Source: Vitrella brassicaformis CCMP3155
Taxonomy: Eukaryota > Protista > Chromerida
Length of the DNA: 16,019 bases
Direction: 5' to 3'
Assembly (NCBI GenBank): GCA_001179505.1
Contig: CDMY01000843.1
Location: 1 to 16,019, forward strand
A program made the translations under genes and the position numbers. Under the pieces are notes generated by a model. The model had not been told where the DNA came from, did not search any database, and was given only the letters and a program-made list of their open reading frames with translations. Shown here piece by piece: positions 1-8,686 of the stretch (positions are counted from its first letter, which is position 1; each line of letters begins with the position of its first letter).

Positions 1-259
1 AGAGACACACGAAAACAGCAGCGGCAGCGAACACGCAACGCGACGCACGTGGAACGAACCAAGCAGGTGGTCATTCATTCATTCGGCGTCCTCATGAACA
101 CACAAGGCATTCATTCGGACGAAGCGAGCAGCACTGCAGGACACCCTGCAATGACCAGGGCGGCGAGTCGGGCTCACCTCCCTCGTCCGTGTGTCCGGTC
201 CGATGATGTCGAGATGTCTCACAACTGCCACACCACGGAAATCATCATGTATACAGGCT

Positions 260-293
260 GAATCACCCTAGTCGCGTGCGACTAGGGTGATTC
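260..293. repeat. Perfect 16-bp inverted repeat (hairpin/cruciform)
   Basis: GAATCACCCTAGTCGC-GT-GCGACTAGGGTGATTC; the arms are exact reverse complements. Confidence 0.95.
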
Positions 294-335
294 GGCTGTC
301 GAACTTTGAGTTTTCGAATCACCCAATCCACATAA

Positions 336-537
336 AGCACCCCCTCTGTCGGAATCCTTAGTCGCGGGTGACTAAGGATGAGAGTATGAGTGGCTGGCTG
401 AGGGCCGAAGGCAGCACCCCCTCTGTCGGAATCCTTAGTCGCGGGTGACTAAGGATGAGAGTATGAGTGGCTGGCTGGCTGAGGGCCGAAAGAAGCACCC
501 CCTCTGTCGAAATCCTTGGTCGCGGCCGACTACGGAT
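336..537. repeat. Tandem repeat, ~77-81 bp unit, 2 full copies plus a partial third, each containing a 10-bp hairpin
   Basis: Units start AGCACCCCCTCTGTC at 336, 413 and 494. The hairpin ATCCTTAGTC-GCGGGT-GACTAAGGAT is at 354-379 and 431-456, with a degenerate copy at 512-537. Confidence 0.93.
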
Positions 538-578
538 CAGTCTGTGGAAGCTGGCGTCCTGTCTCGATGACGCTTGAA

Positions 579-1468
579 TCACACACGACACATACATGGA
601 TTCCACCCTGCCTGCTCTCTGTCTGTGTCCTTCATCAGTGGCTGACTGACAGAGCTGCTAGGGAAACGTGTCTCGTGCGTGCTCTGCGTACCCATGGTCT
701 TGTTCCTGAGGTCTGCATCGATGCTGCTCAAGAGCTTGACCTTCAGATTGCACGCCTCCTCCAGCAGCTGCAGGAACAGCTTGTCGTCCGGTCCTCGCTT
801 GATGATCAGGTTGTGTAGTGTGACGAACAACGCCGTGAGGATGAGCTGGCCATCCCAAACCTGCAGAACATTGACAGGATGAGTGCAGCATTCGTCATGG
901 CCACCATCCCGTCCCCTTCACAGGTCTCTCACTTGAATGGACTTGATGCAGTCCTCTTGAAGGGCGTCGGGCATTGCTCGGATGATGGTGATGTCCGCCT
1001 CCATCCACAACCACCCGAGCCCGAGCTCCCCGTTCTTCCATCCATCCGCGCCATCGTGCCATTCGCTTGGATGCTGCACGATCCTTACGATAAACTCGTT
1101 GACTCTGGCGCCCCTGCGAGGACGCCAGGTGTCTGAAACAGGGCAAGGCAAGAGGAACAAGGGTGTAGATGGCGGTAAAGACCGCATGCGTCCTTCTTAC
1201 CGTGCATGGACAGGTTCATGGCGCTCACGATTCCCTCTACGTCATTCCCGCAGCGCATGACCTCCCTGGTCAAGTTTGCGATGCCGCGCTGCAGTTTGCC
1301 TCCGAAGGCCTCCTCGTCCACTGCGAGGAGGCCCTTCTGGACGGCAATGCAGTGCAGCGCACGGAGGAAGGCCTTGTTGTCGGCGACGTTGATGACATCC
1401 GATCCCTCTTCGACAGGCGACTTGAAGCCTTGGAGGCGATAATCAACGCTCGTTGGATGCTGCATCAT
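579..1468 (-). CDS. Intron-containing hypothetical protein (~250 aa), possible ParB/Srx-like domain; candidate transposon accessory gene
   Basis: Exons 1468-1201, 1132-933 and 860-(692 or 579) are joined by phase-consistent GT-AG introns (1200-1133, 68 nt; 932-861, 72 nt) with no stops. Contains IQVWDGQLILTAL. The start codon and 3' end are uncertain (possible further phase-1 intron at 691). Confidence 0.65.
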
Positions 1469-1595
1469 GATGATGATGGGCCGCTACACACGATTATCAC
1501 ACACGGAAACCATTTTAAGTTAAGTTGAAACCCGTCCAGTCTGAGACTCCCCCACAGTGACTTTGTAAATTCGCAAGCAAAAGGACCACAGCGAG

Positions 1596-4500
1596 ATGCA
1601 AAGGAGTTCTGATGACATTGTGGAGCCTTCTGCGCCGGAGGAGTCAGATGTCTTCTTTTTTGGCCGCATCGGACCACGCAAGGCTGACATCCTGAGCGAG
1701 AACCGCGAGAAATACGGCAAGAGGCACCGGCGTCCGAATGGAGCACCACAAGCTGATCGCAGAGCAGCGGGGGTTGGTGCTCGCGAGCCGCTCCCTCACA
1801 GCACCAAAAGGGTCGGCAGAGAGGCGATTGACAAGGCACTCAGGACCACTTGCTGCTCCCGCGAGTGTATGAAGCAGTTCAAGTACGATGACCTGTACAA
1901 GCTGAGGAGCTCTGTCAACGACTTCTCTTGGACAGACCGCCACACGACTCTGCGTGACGACCTGACGGACAACATGGTGAGGAGAAATGGCCTCAGAGAG
2001 CCTTTGTGTCGTGTTGAGTGCAGCCTGGTTGGTGTATGCAGGTATGCAGTGGTTCTTTCATCCAGCCCCGGTTCGAGTACCACGTCGCCGGCAAGCCGTG
2101 TTGTTCCGTAGCGTATCGCGCTGCATACGGCATTGGCGCCTCCACACTCCAATCCGCACGCGAGAACGCGCGAGAGGGACTGGAGCCCGTCAACATGAGA
2201 GCACTACAACGCGACCGTGGGCAGATGGCACGTATGTGCGCTGCCATTTGCGCGTATGCTGATCTCATTGGAGAGACCCAGCCCGACAAAAACGAGGTGT
2301 GCTGTCTATCTTGCAGTGCATTTCTCTCTTGCAATGCATCTGTGTCTTTCGCACCCTGTTCTGAACTCAGATACACATGCCGTTTCCCTGTCGGTGTCTG
2401 TTTTTCAAGTGATTTGAGGTCCACTGCGAGAACCATCCAGGGCTGGTGCCGCTGCCACCAAACCTCGACACCTTCTACAAATGCCTTCACATGGACGAGT
2501 GCAAGCACATTCGCTTCCGCCAGCAGGACAGATTCGCCAAGTGCGACTACTGTCAGGAGTGCAAGTGGGAGCTGCGGCACTGCCGGCTGCCAGACAAGAG
2601 GAAGGCCATTCTCAGGGCATTCTTTACTCACCTTGAGTTCCAGATGAGAAATCGTAGACGAGGCTGTCGAAGTGACATGCATCACAAACTTGTGCGTTTG
2701 TCAATGGCAGGCAAGGTGGAGATGAAATGGATAGCTCGTTGTTTGTCGAGCCCTGCTCCTCCGGAGCTCTATGTCACCATGGATTGCGCAGACCAGAAGG
2801 TGAGACGTCAGGCTAAGAGACCTGCGACGGAATTGTGCCTCTCTCTCTCTTGCGTCATTGCAGATGTATCAAATGCCGCGCAGAGAGCTTGTTGCGAAGA
2901 CCCTGACTGGTATCGAGTTCCCACACTTCAAAGCACTGGGGGTACGTAGAAGCAGCAAGAATAGTCTGCCTGCGGAGACGCGCGCATTTTCCTGTCAGTG
3001 GACGGTCTGGGGTGTTAGCCATGGATATCACTTCATCCCCCCAAGAGAGCTTCACGGAGCGTGCATGGTGGTTGACGTGCTCAATGATCTGCTCAAGGCA
3101 TCACTGGAGGGGCTTGGGGAAGATGAGAGACCCTCGCAGCTCAAGCTGCAGCTGGACAACACTGCAGCTGAGAACAAGAACAAATACGTGCTTGGCAAGC
3201 AGAAGGGGTCACTCGCTGGCTCTACTTTCCACTGCATGTCGGTCGATTATGAGCTTGTGTGTCAGGTTATTGTGCCATCCTCATCATTCTTGGCGTCTTC
3301 GAGTCCGTCGAGCTGCACTTCCTCATCGTCGGCCACACTCACGGCCCGAAGGATGGGCACCACTCTATCCTTTCGCGTTTCCTCATGCCCCATCACTGGA
3401 GCACCACACAGCGGCTCCTCGAGCTCACAACTGAGGCGTTCCCCAATGGAATCAGGAACGACGGCAGGACGGTACCAAGGAAGGACTCGGCATTACTTCG
3501 ATTGATGACTGTTTTTGACTTTCAGGTGCATGCCACGTATTGGAGCCCGGTGCTGGATTGGGTGACATGGATGAACGGCTCGAATATTCTTCCCGTGCTG
3601 CACGGCGTCACTGGCCCAAACTCCTTCAGGTACTGCGTTTCTCTATGTGTCTCTCTGCCGCACGCTCTTGTGTGTCTCAGGTTGTCACGCGATTTGCTGC
3701 ATCCCCAGCGGGTCCTCATCACGTACAAGGACTACATGACCACTGAGCATTGGCAGCCACCACAGCACTTCATCGACGCCATTCCTGAAGGCGCCCCTGC
3801 CCCTGGGCCCATCAAGCAGCGGCTGAGCGAGGAGAGACAAGCGAAGGCTGTGTCAGCAATGGAGCGCCTTCCAACAGACTCGAGGACATCTCTCATGTCC
3901 ACGCCAGACGATGTAAGACGGCATTGCTGGCACGTCGCTGTGGGCAACGATATGCTGCTTGCTTCGCTCAGGTCAAGGAAGGCATTGCATTGCTCGACGG
4001 GACATACCCTCGTCTCCCTCGTGATTTCAGCTTCCCTCCTCCCTCACCCCTGCAGCCTGCCGGCCCGCCTGAGCTGCAACACGCCACCATGCAGCAAGAC
4101 ATGGAGCATAGCATGGCGGCCGCCGGCATCCCCTTGAAGGCGAAACGAGAGCCCAACATTGGCGGCAAAGGAGACAAGAAGAAGGCCTTCTTCCCATTGG
4201 GTGGTGGCGGCCAGCCAGCTGTTGACCATGAGCCAGGGCCGAGTGAGCAGGCAGGGGAGGGCAGTCGGGTGCTTCAGGCTCCTTTGAAGAAGTTCATCCT
4301 CGCCAGCGCTGCCGATGCCCCCTTCTACATCGCAAGAATAGAGGATTCCGTCGCCAAGGGGGCCCCAGAGCCGCCCCTTTCGGTCCAGGGGGAGCGTTGG
4401 GTGTATGTGTGGTGGTTCACTGCACCGAGACATGACAGGCAGAAAGTCACTCAGGGGCACAGGGCAATGTATTGGAAGCCAGTGGGGGAAGACAAGGCCA

Positions 4501-4724
4501 AAGCCAAGCCAGCTTTGCAATGGATTTCAGAGAGAACCATCCTGACGCCTGGTTGTTTCGACATGACAGGGAAGGGAGATGCGAATAGGATGGTGCCCCG
4601 CTGGGTGCACAGATGGCTTTTTCAGCACACCGATCTGAGTGGGGAGTTTGAGAGAGCGAGGTGTGCTCCCCATGACATAGACGACTTGGATGAGCAACAG
4701 CTGGATGAGGCTGAGGAGGAGTGA
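1596..4724 (+). pseudogene. Sola-like / DUF7869-type DDD DNA transposase, 10 exons, ~858 codons, one in-frame TGA (2410-2412)
   Basis: Exons 1596-1976, 2042(or 2024)-2296, 2371-2653, 2711-2799, 2864-2941, 2999-3194, 3266-3471, 3526-3629, 3681-3912 and 3972-4724 sum to 2577 nt in frame. Motifs: CC-x3-C, YHVAGKPCC..YGI, FAKCDYC, H..R, YVTMD (D at 2782), QLDNTAAENKNKYVLG (D at 3155), FLIVGHTHGPKD (D at 3352), VLDWVTW..GVTGPNSFR. These match the D / DNxxxxNKN / GHxxxxD pattern of Sola-type transposases. The subgroup is not assignable by eye. Confidence 0.85.
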
Positions 4725-5005
4725 GTGACTCAGAAGTGACTCAGACTTCTCATGAGTGAGCAGACTTCTTTGATTCATAGATCAAAACGGTTGCGAGTGG
4801 GTTGTGTCTGATCGATCAATGAAAAGCGTTGCCCCTCCTTGATGGCATGTCCGTACAGCGCAGCACATGCATCAGCAAAAGTCCAAGTCATTACACAAGT
4901 CCACTTACACTTACAGCGAACTCATCATGGGCCTCGCTGCGAACGCGGCTCGACGAACGGTTTCGAGAGGAGTAACGGGAGGCGATCGGGAAGGGACAAC
5001 AGGCA

Positions 5006-5346
5006 AAATTTCGCACCAAAGTCCATTATCCACGCCGGCTCCTATGGCCGAGTGGTACCCCACGGAGTCATAGTGAGCCGGTCATCGTGAGTTCAATTCC
5101 CTCCGTTGGACTTACGGTGCAAGTTTCGGGAGGAGGGTCTAGACTAGCTACCCTAAGGATCTCACTGGACTGCCTACAAAAGGGATCCCACGGGACGCGC
5201 CGCGAGGACCAGCCGAGGAGTGGCACTAGGATGCGTTCAGGGTAGCTGCCGTGAAACCGTGCAAAGGCTTAGGATCACAAAGGCGTGCGGAGTGTGATCG
5301 TGCGTGGCCAGTGTCCATGAATCGGACTCGCAAAAGACTCGGAGGG
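5006..5346 (+). ncRNA. Candidate structured ncRNA or tRNA-derived SINE head/body
   Basis: Many helices, several with G-U pairs on the + strand: 5035-5081 hairpin; 5084-5097/5105-5118 (14 bp); 5006-5025/5107-5126 (18 bp with bulges); 5146-5154/5239-5247 (9 bp perfect); 5165-5174/5222-5229; 5273-5278/5294-5299; 5099-5105/5340-5346. No convincing ORF overlaps it. Confidence 0.35.
5045..5099 (+). promoter_or_regulatory. Pol III type-2 internal promoter (A box and B box) at tRNA spacing
   Basis: TGGCCGAGTGG (5045-5055) fits the A-box consensus and GTTCAATTC (5091-5099) fits GWTCRANNC. The T8-to-T54 equivalent distance is 47 nt, as in class I tRNAs. A cloverleaf cannot be built, so this is not called as a tRNA. 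Confidence 0.45.
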
Positions 5347-5631
5347 CGGGGCATTCCCAGAGCCCGTTACCGTAACCAACCAACCACAAATTTCCAGTGA
5401 TCGCGATTGGCCAGGCTGAGGTTTAGGGTAGGAGGGAGAAAGGGAGGATGCAAGAGCCACAACGATTTGACTGACAGTGTATTTTGCAAGGATCCTGGGA
5501 GAGCGGATGAAGAGGACTCAGTCATTAGCGGTAGGACTTGTACAGAAGCCGAGAATCGACTGTTTTTGATGGGTGATTGCAGTGAAGGCACATCATGTGA
5601 AGTCAGATGTTTGTGCGGATCATGCAATGTC

Positions 5632-5661
5632 GCCCCCTCCCCCGTTCAAGGGGGAGGGGGC
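5632..5661. repeat. Perfect 12-bp GC-rich hairpin
   Basis: GCCCCCTCCCCC-GTTCAA-GGGGGAGGGGGC. Confidence 0.9.
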
Positions 5662-6045
5662 TTCAAAAGACAAGCTTCAATGGGTCAATGTTCATAGGTG
5701 GGAGTCGCACACTGGCACAAATTGCAGTTGGAAAGCCGTCTGAAGACTCGTTGTGCTCGGGGGAGGGGCAGACAGACAAAGTGGGGCCTTGCACGCGCGA
5801 GTACATGCCAAGAAAGCATGAATTCGCCTCATGCTTACTCCTCGATCACGCCATCCATGCGACGAGCAAAAGAACACATGTGCTCACTCAGATACATTTC
5901 CTTCATAGAAGAGCCTTTCCACGACAGCCACGTCCCTGCTGAAGAACACACGAGTTACACGGACGACCGGAGAGAAGCATGCGCGCACCGAAGAGGACGG
6001 CACACTTCTCGATATCCGTAAGCCCACGGACCGCTTGCATGCATA

Positions 6046-6115
6046 CGGGGCGACCCGGCATTCTCACGTAGCGCGGGGCAACCCGTATCCTCATACATCA
6101 CACGGGGCAACCCGG
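6046..6115 (+). repeat. Three CGGG-GCRA-CCCG mini-hairpins at 28-29 bp period
   Basis: Copies at 6046, 6074 and 6103, separated by diverged 16-17 nt linkers. Confidence 0.85.
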
Positions 6116-6170
6116 CAATGAAACTGAGACACGAGGCGACGGAGGGTGTGCATGCAGCTCATTTCTTATT

Positions 6171-6219
6171 GGGGGAGGGGGAGGGGGGAGGGGGGATGGA
6201 GACAGGGAGGGGGGAGGGG
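6171..6219 (+). repeat. (G5-6A)n purine tract, potential G-quadruplex
   Basis: Four G5-G6 runs separated by single A (6171-6195), followed by further G runs. Confidence 0.7.
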
Positions 6220-6776
6220 AAGAGAGACAGGCCACCTGGCACGACAAGAGAGACGGGGGCCACACACATCACCGCACACACACACACAGGGCAGAGGGGG
6301 GGAGGAAGGAGGGGAGGCAGACAGAGATTCGAAACCACGGCGGTAGGTGGGCCGGGGGATGCACACGACAGCTCTAGTCCTTTTCTTCCCCACTCTAGTA
6401 CATTTCTCTTTCCTTGTTCGTGTAAGAATGACAGTACATGCGTTAGTGGCTACCTGCATGCATAAATTTGAGTCGCACTGTTGCGGCGATAGATGGAGAG
6501 CTGAGACACAGACGTGGCAGCGAAAGTCGATCGTGAGACGTTATGGTTCGACGGTGTGTCAGTGTACAGACAATGCATGGCCGTCCGTTGCCCTTCTTGT
6601 TCCGATTGGCACTGGTTTGCGCCGGCAAGCGCTAAATATGAAGTGACTGACGAGGAGCCGTCTGAGAATTGTACGCGATAATTGGGATTTGTAAGTGGAG
6701 CGAGAGAAACACTCTGCGTACTCGGTATGCCGACCGACCGAGACACATTCACCCTGACAGTGTCCTATCTAGTCAG

Positions 6777-6830
6777 TTGATTGATTGGTTGAATGATTGA
6801 TTGATTGACTGGTTGATAAATTGATTGGTT
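6777..6830. repeat. Degenerate (GATT)n microsatellite
   Basis: TTGATTGATTGGTTGAATGATTGATTGATTGACTGGTTGA... Confidence 0.85.
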
Positions 6831-7762
6831 CGTGTACGTACAGGCCCCGACTGTCTGTCTCTGTGAATGCATGTGGTGCATCTGCCGACACTGTCTGGCT
6901 GTTTGTATGAATTATGTATGTCTCTATGTGTTGTGTGTAATCTTATGTCTGTCTAATGTGTGCTTTGCGGCTTTTAGAATGCGTTCCTTCTTTATCGGAT
7001 TTTTTTTAAAATTTCTCCTCAATGTTGTTTTATTTGTTTGCCTTCTTTTAAATATTCCTCGGCGGTTTGCCGGTTTTTTAAATATTATTTGGCACATTTG
7101 GGACGTTTCAAAAGATGTGTGGCAGAGGAGGAGGCTTGCACGGGGTGTCATCACTTCTTCACGGATAATCAGAAAAGAGATCGTGTTCGCAACGGATGAA
7201 TTAACCGAAACGGAGCAAAGAATGCAAGGAAAGGGTATACGGATGCTGTAATAGAGCTCGGATTACTTCGATGCACGGAAAGGAGACATCTCGCTCCTCT
7301 AAAATTCGGGAACGGATTTCGAAGCTGAGGCAGTGTCAGGCCTAAGAAGGGCCCTCCATGTTGCATCATCAGAGTGCCGGTTTTCCGTCAAACCTCTACT
7401 TTCTCTCCTTGTTGGGTCTTTGTTTAGCACGTAGGACTTTACACAAGTGAGCAGAGCATCTTTTTCCCCCTCTGACAAACCCCAATCATCGCAACAAGCC
7501 GTCTCTCAGAGTGTCTCAGACGACTCTTTAGTATTCTTTAGTTAGTCACACCATGTGGTCGACTGACAGAACTGAAATCGTAGTTATTGTAGAAGAGACT
7601 TGGCACTTGACAACGACACACAAAGAAAAGCTCACAGAACACTGTGCACCTTTCGGCTTTTACACGGGCCTGGCCGAGTGTGGCGCTCAACGGACGGCGA
7701 GCTGAAGCACATGCGTGGCTGCAAAAGAACAGAGCGGGGTGCGAAAGCATGCCTGACGGGAT

Positions 7763-7811
7763 CAATTCGTTATCACCTGAAACGGACTTTTTCTCAGGTG
7801 AAAACAGACTT
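7763..7811 (-). repeat. 49-bp dispersed motif, copy A (inverted relative to B and C)
   Basis: Reverse complement AAGTCTGTTTT-CAC-CTGAGAAAAAGTCCGTTTCAG-GTGATAA-CGAATTG; 41/49 ungapped identity to copy C by manual count. Confidence 0.85.
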
Positions 7812-7981
7812 CAGCGTGCACTCCTGTGATCGCTCTGCTCCTCTTTAGAGGTCTCACTCATCAGTGTAATGATAGTATTTCTGCAATGGGACGTGCCGCT
7901 GGATAAGGCATGAACGAACGAATCACTCTGTCATTCTCTCGAGTCACACGATTGTGTACTTGCTTGTCAGTCAACAATGGA

Positions 7982-8012
7982 TCATTCATTCATTCATTTA
8001 TTCATTTATTCA
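7982..8012. repeat. (TCAT)n microsatellite
   Basis: TCATTCATTCATTCATTTATTCATTTATTCA. Confidence 0.85.
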
Positions 8013-8339
8013 GTGAATCACTGCATCACTGCATCACTGCAGACAACCCTCCTCGGTTGCTTCGCTTGGGAGACGGCCGTGATCCTGGCCTGACTGGCCA
8101 CGAGGTGGCCGGCCATGGGTGTCTCACATCACCAATACGTGGTCACCATAGCCGGCCACCCTATAGAAAAGCCTAAAGGCAGCCGACGAGGGAGGACACC
8201 CGAAAGACGACGGGGGACCCGATCCCCACGCCGATCCCCACCACCCCATGTGTGCGTTGACGGCATGCAGGCGGCCGACTGACTGCACCTGTTGCGCCCT
8301 GATCAAGCTGTATGTTGGTTGCCTTCACGCAGCAGACAG

Positions 8340-8686
8340 CTGACCGTCGACACAGTGCGGCCTGCCACGGCGCGGCTGCTGGCCGAGTGGCTGCCGCTGA
8401 CCGATGACGACGACGACGCACGGCACAGATCGCCCATTGGGCCGTCCTCAGCATGGTGGGCGGGCTGTCGATGGCAGTGGTGGGGAGGCCGGTATCATCG
8501 ACGTAACGACCGACGCACACACATGCATAGAGGTCCGCGGAGAGAGAGGGATGCGTGTGTGTGTGTGTGCACTTGCGGTTGGTGTGTGCGTGTTTGGTGC
8601 AGGTGTGTCGGTTGCTAGAGTATCTGAGCGACAAGGACCACAGCTCCCTGCTGGCGGCCAAGGACGACCTGCTAGAGGCCATGTAG
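8340..8686 (+). pseudogene. 3' fragment of a decayed hypothetical gene
   Basis: A phase-0 GT-AG intron at 8503-8602 joins ...GGEAGIID to VCRLLEYLSDKDHSSLLAAKDDLLEAM*. The upstream part needs a frameshift near the (GAC)n run at ~8405-8418. Confidence 0.35.

Larger units (their letters stand above)
260..4724. mobile_element. Putative DNA transposon body (transposase, divergent accessory gene and left hairpin array); termini not defined
   Basis: Transposase motifs plus the head-to-head gene pair and adjacent palindromic repeats. No matching TIR pair or TSD was found in the window. Confidence 0.5.

Noticed and set aside
260-300. Helitron 3' terminus
   Set aside because: The hairpin is not followed by CTRR on either strand, and there are no Rep/helicase motifs.
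336-537. CRISPR-like array of palindromic repeats
   Set aside because: The inter-hairpin sequences are near-identical rather than unique spacers, the context is eukaryotic and intron-rich, and there is no cas gene.
2654-3680. Excess of stop-free 3n introns in the transposase (57, 57, 54 and 51 nt)
   Set aside because: Four of nine is close to chance for 3n length, and these introns are inferred by eye and could partly be coding.
5038-5110. Functional tRNA gene (Met-like CAT)
   Set aside because: A and B boxes are present, but the acceptor, anticodon and T stems do not pair.
5130-5150. Group I intron P7/R element (AGACUA)
   Set aside because: There is no downstream S element (AAGAUAUAGUC-like) to complete P7, and no host rRNA exons.
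5150-5156. Telomerase RNA template (ACCCUAA)
   Set aside because: It is only about one repeat long and lies mostly within a 9-bp helix.
7204-7217. SRP RNA helix 8 lookalike (CCGAAACGGAGCA)
   Set aside because: It lacks the 5' CAGG side of the symmetric loop and any surrounding SRP helices.
6832-7251. 139-aa hydrophobic ORF
   Set aside because: The hydrophobicity comes from (TG)n and T-rich low-complexity DNA; there is no coding-like codon usage or motif.
250-7760. TIR/TSD pair delimiting the Sola-like element
   Set aside because: Only short partial matches were found (e.g. GGGTGATT at 5571, GATTCGAAA near 6326), with no convincing inverted terminal pair.
4725-7760. Fanzor/TnpB or other RNA-guided nuclease gene next to the structured RNA
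   Set aside because: No ORF or exon set with RuvC or Zn-ribbon motifs was seen on either strand.
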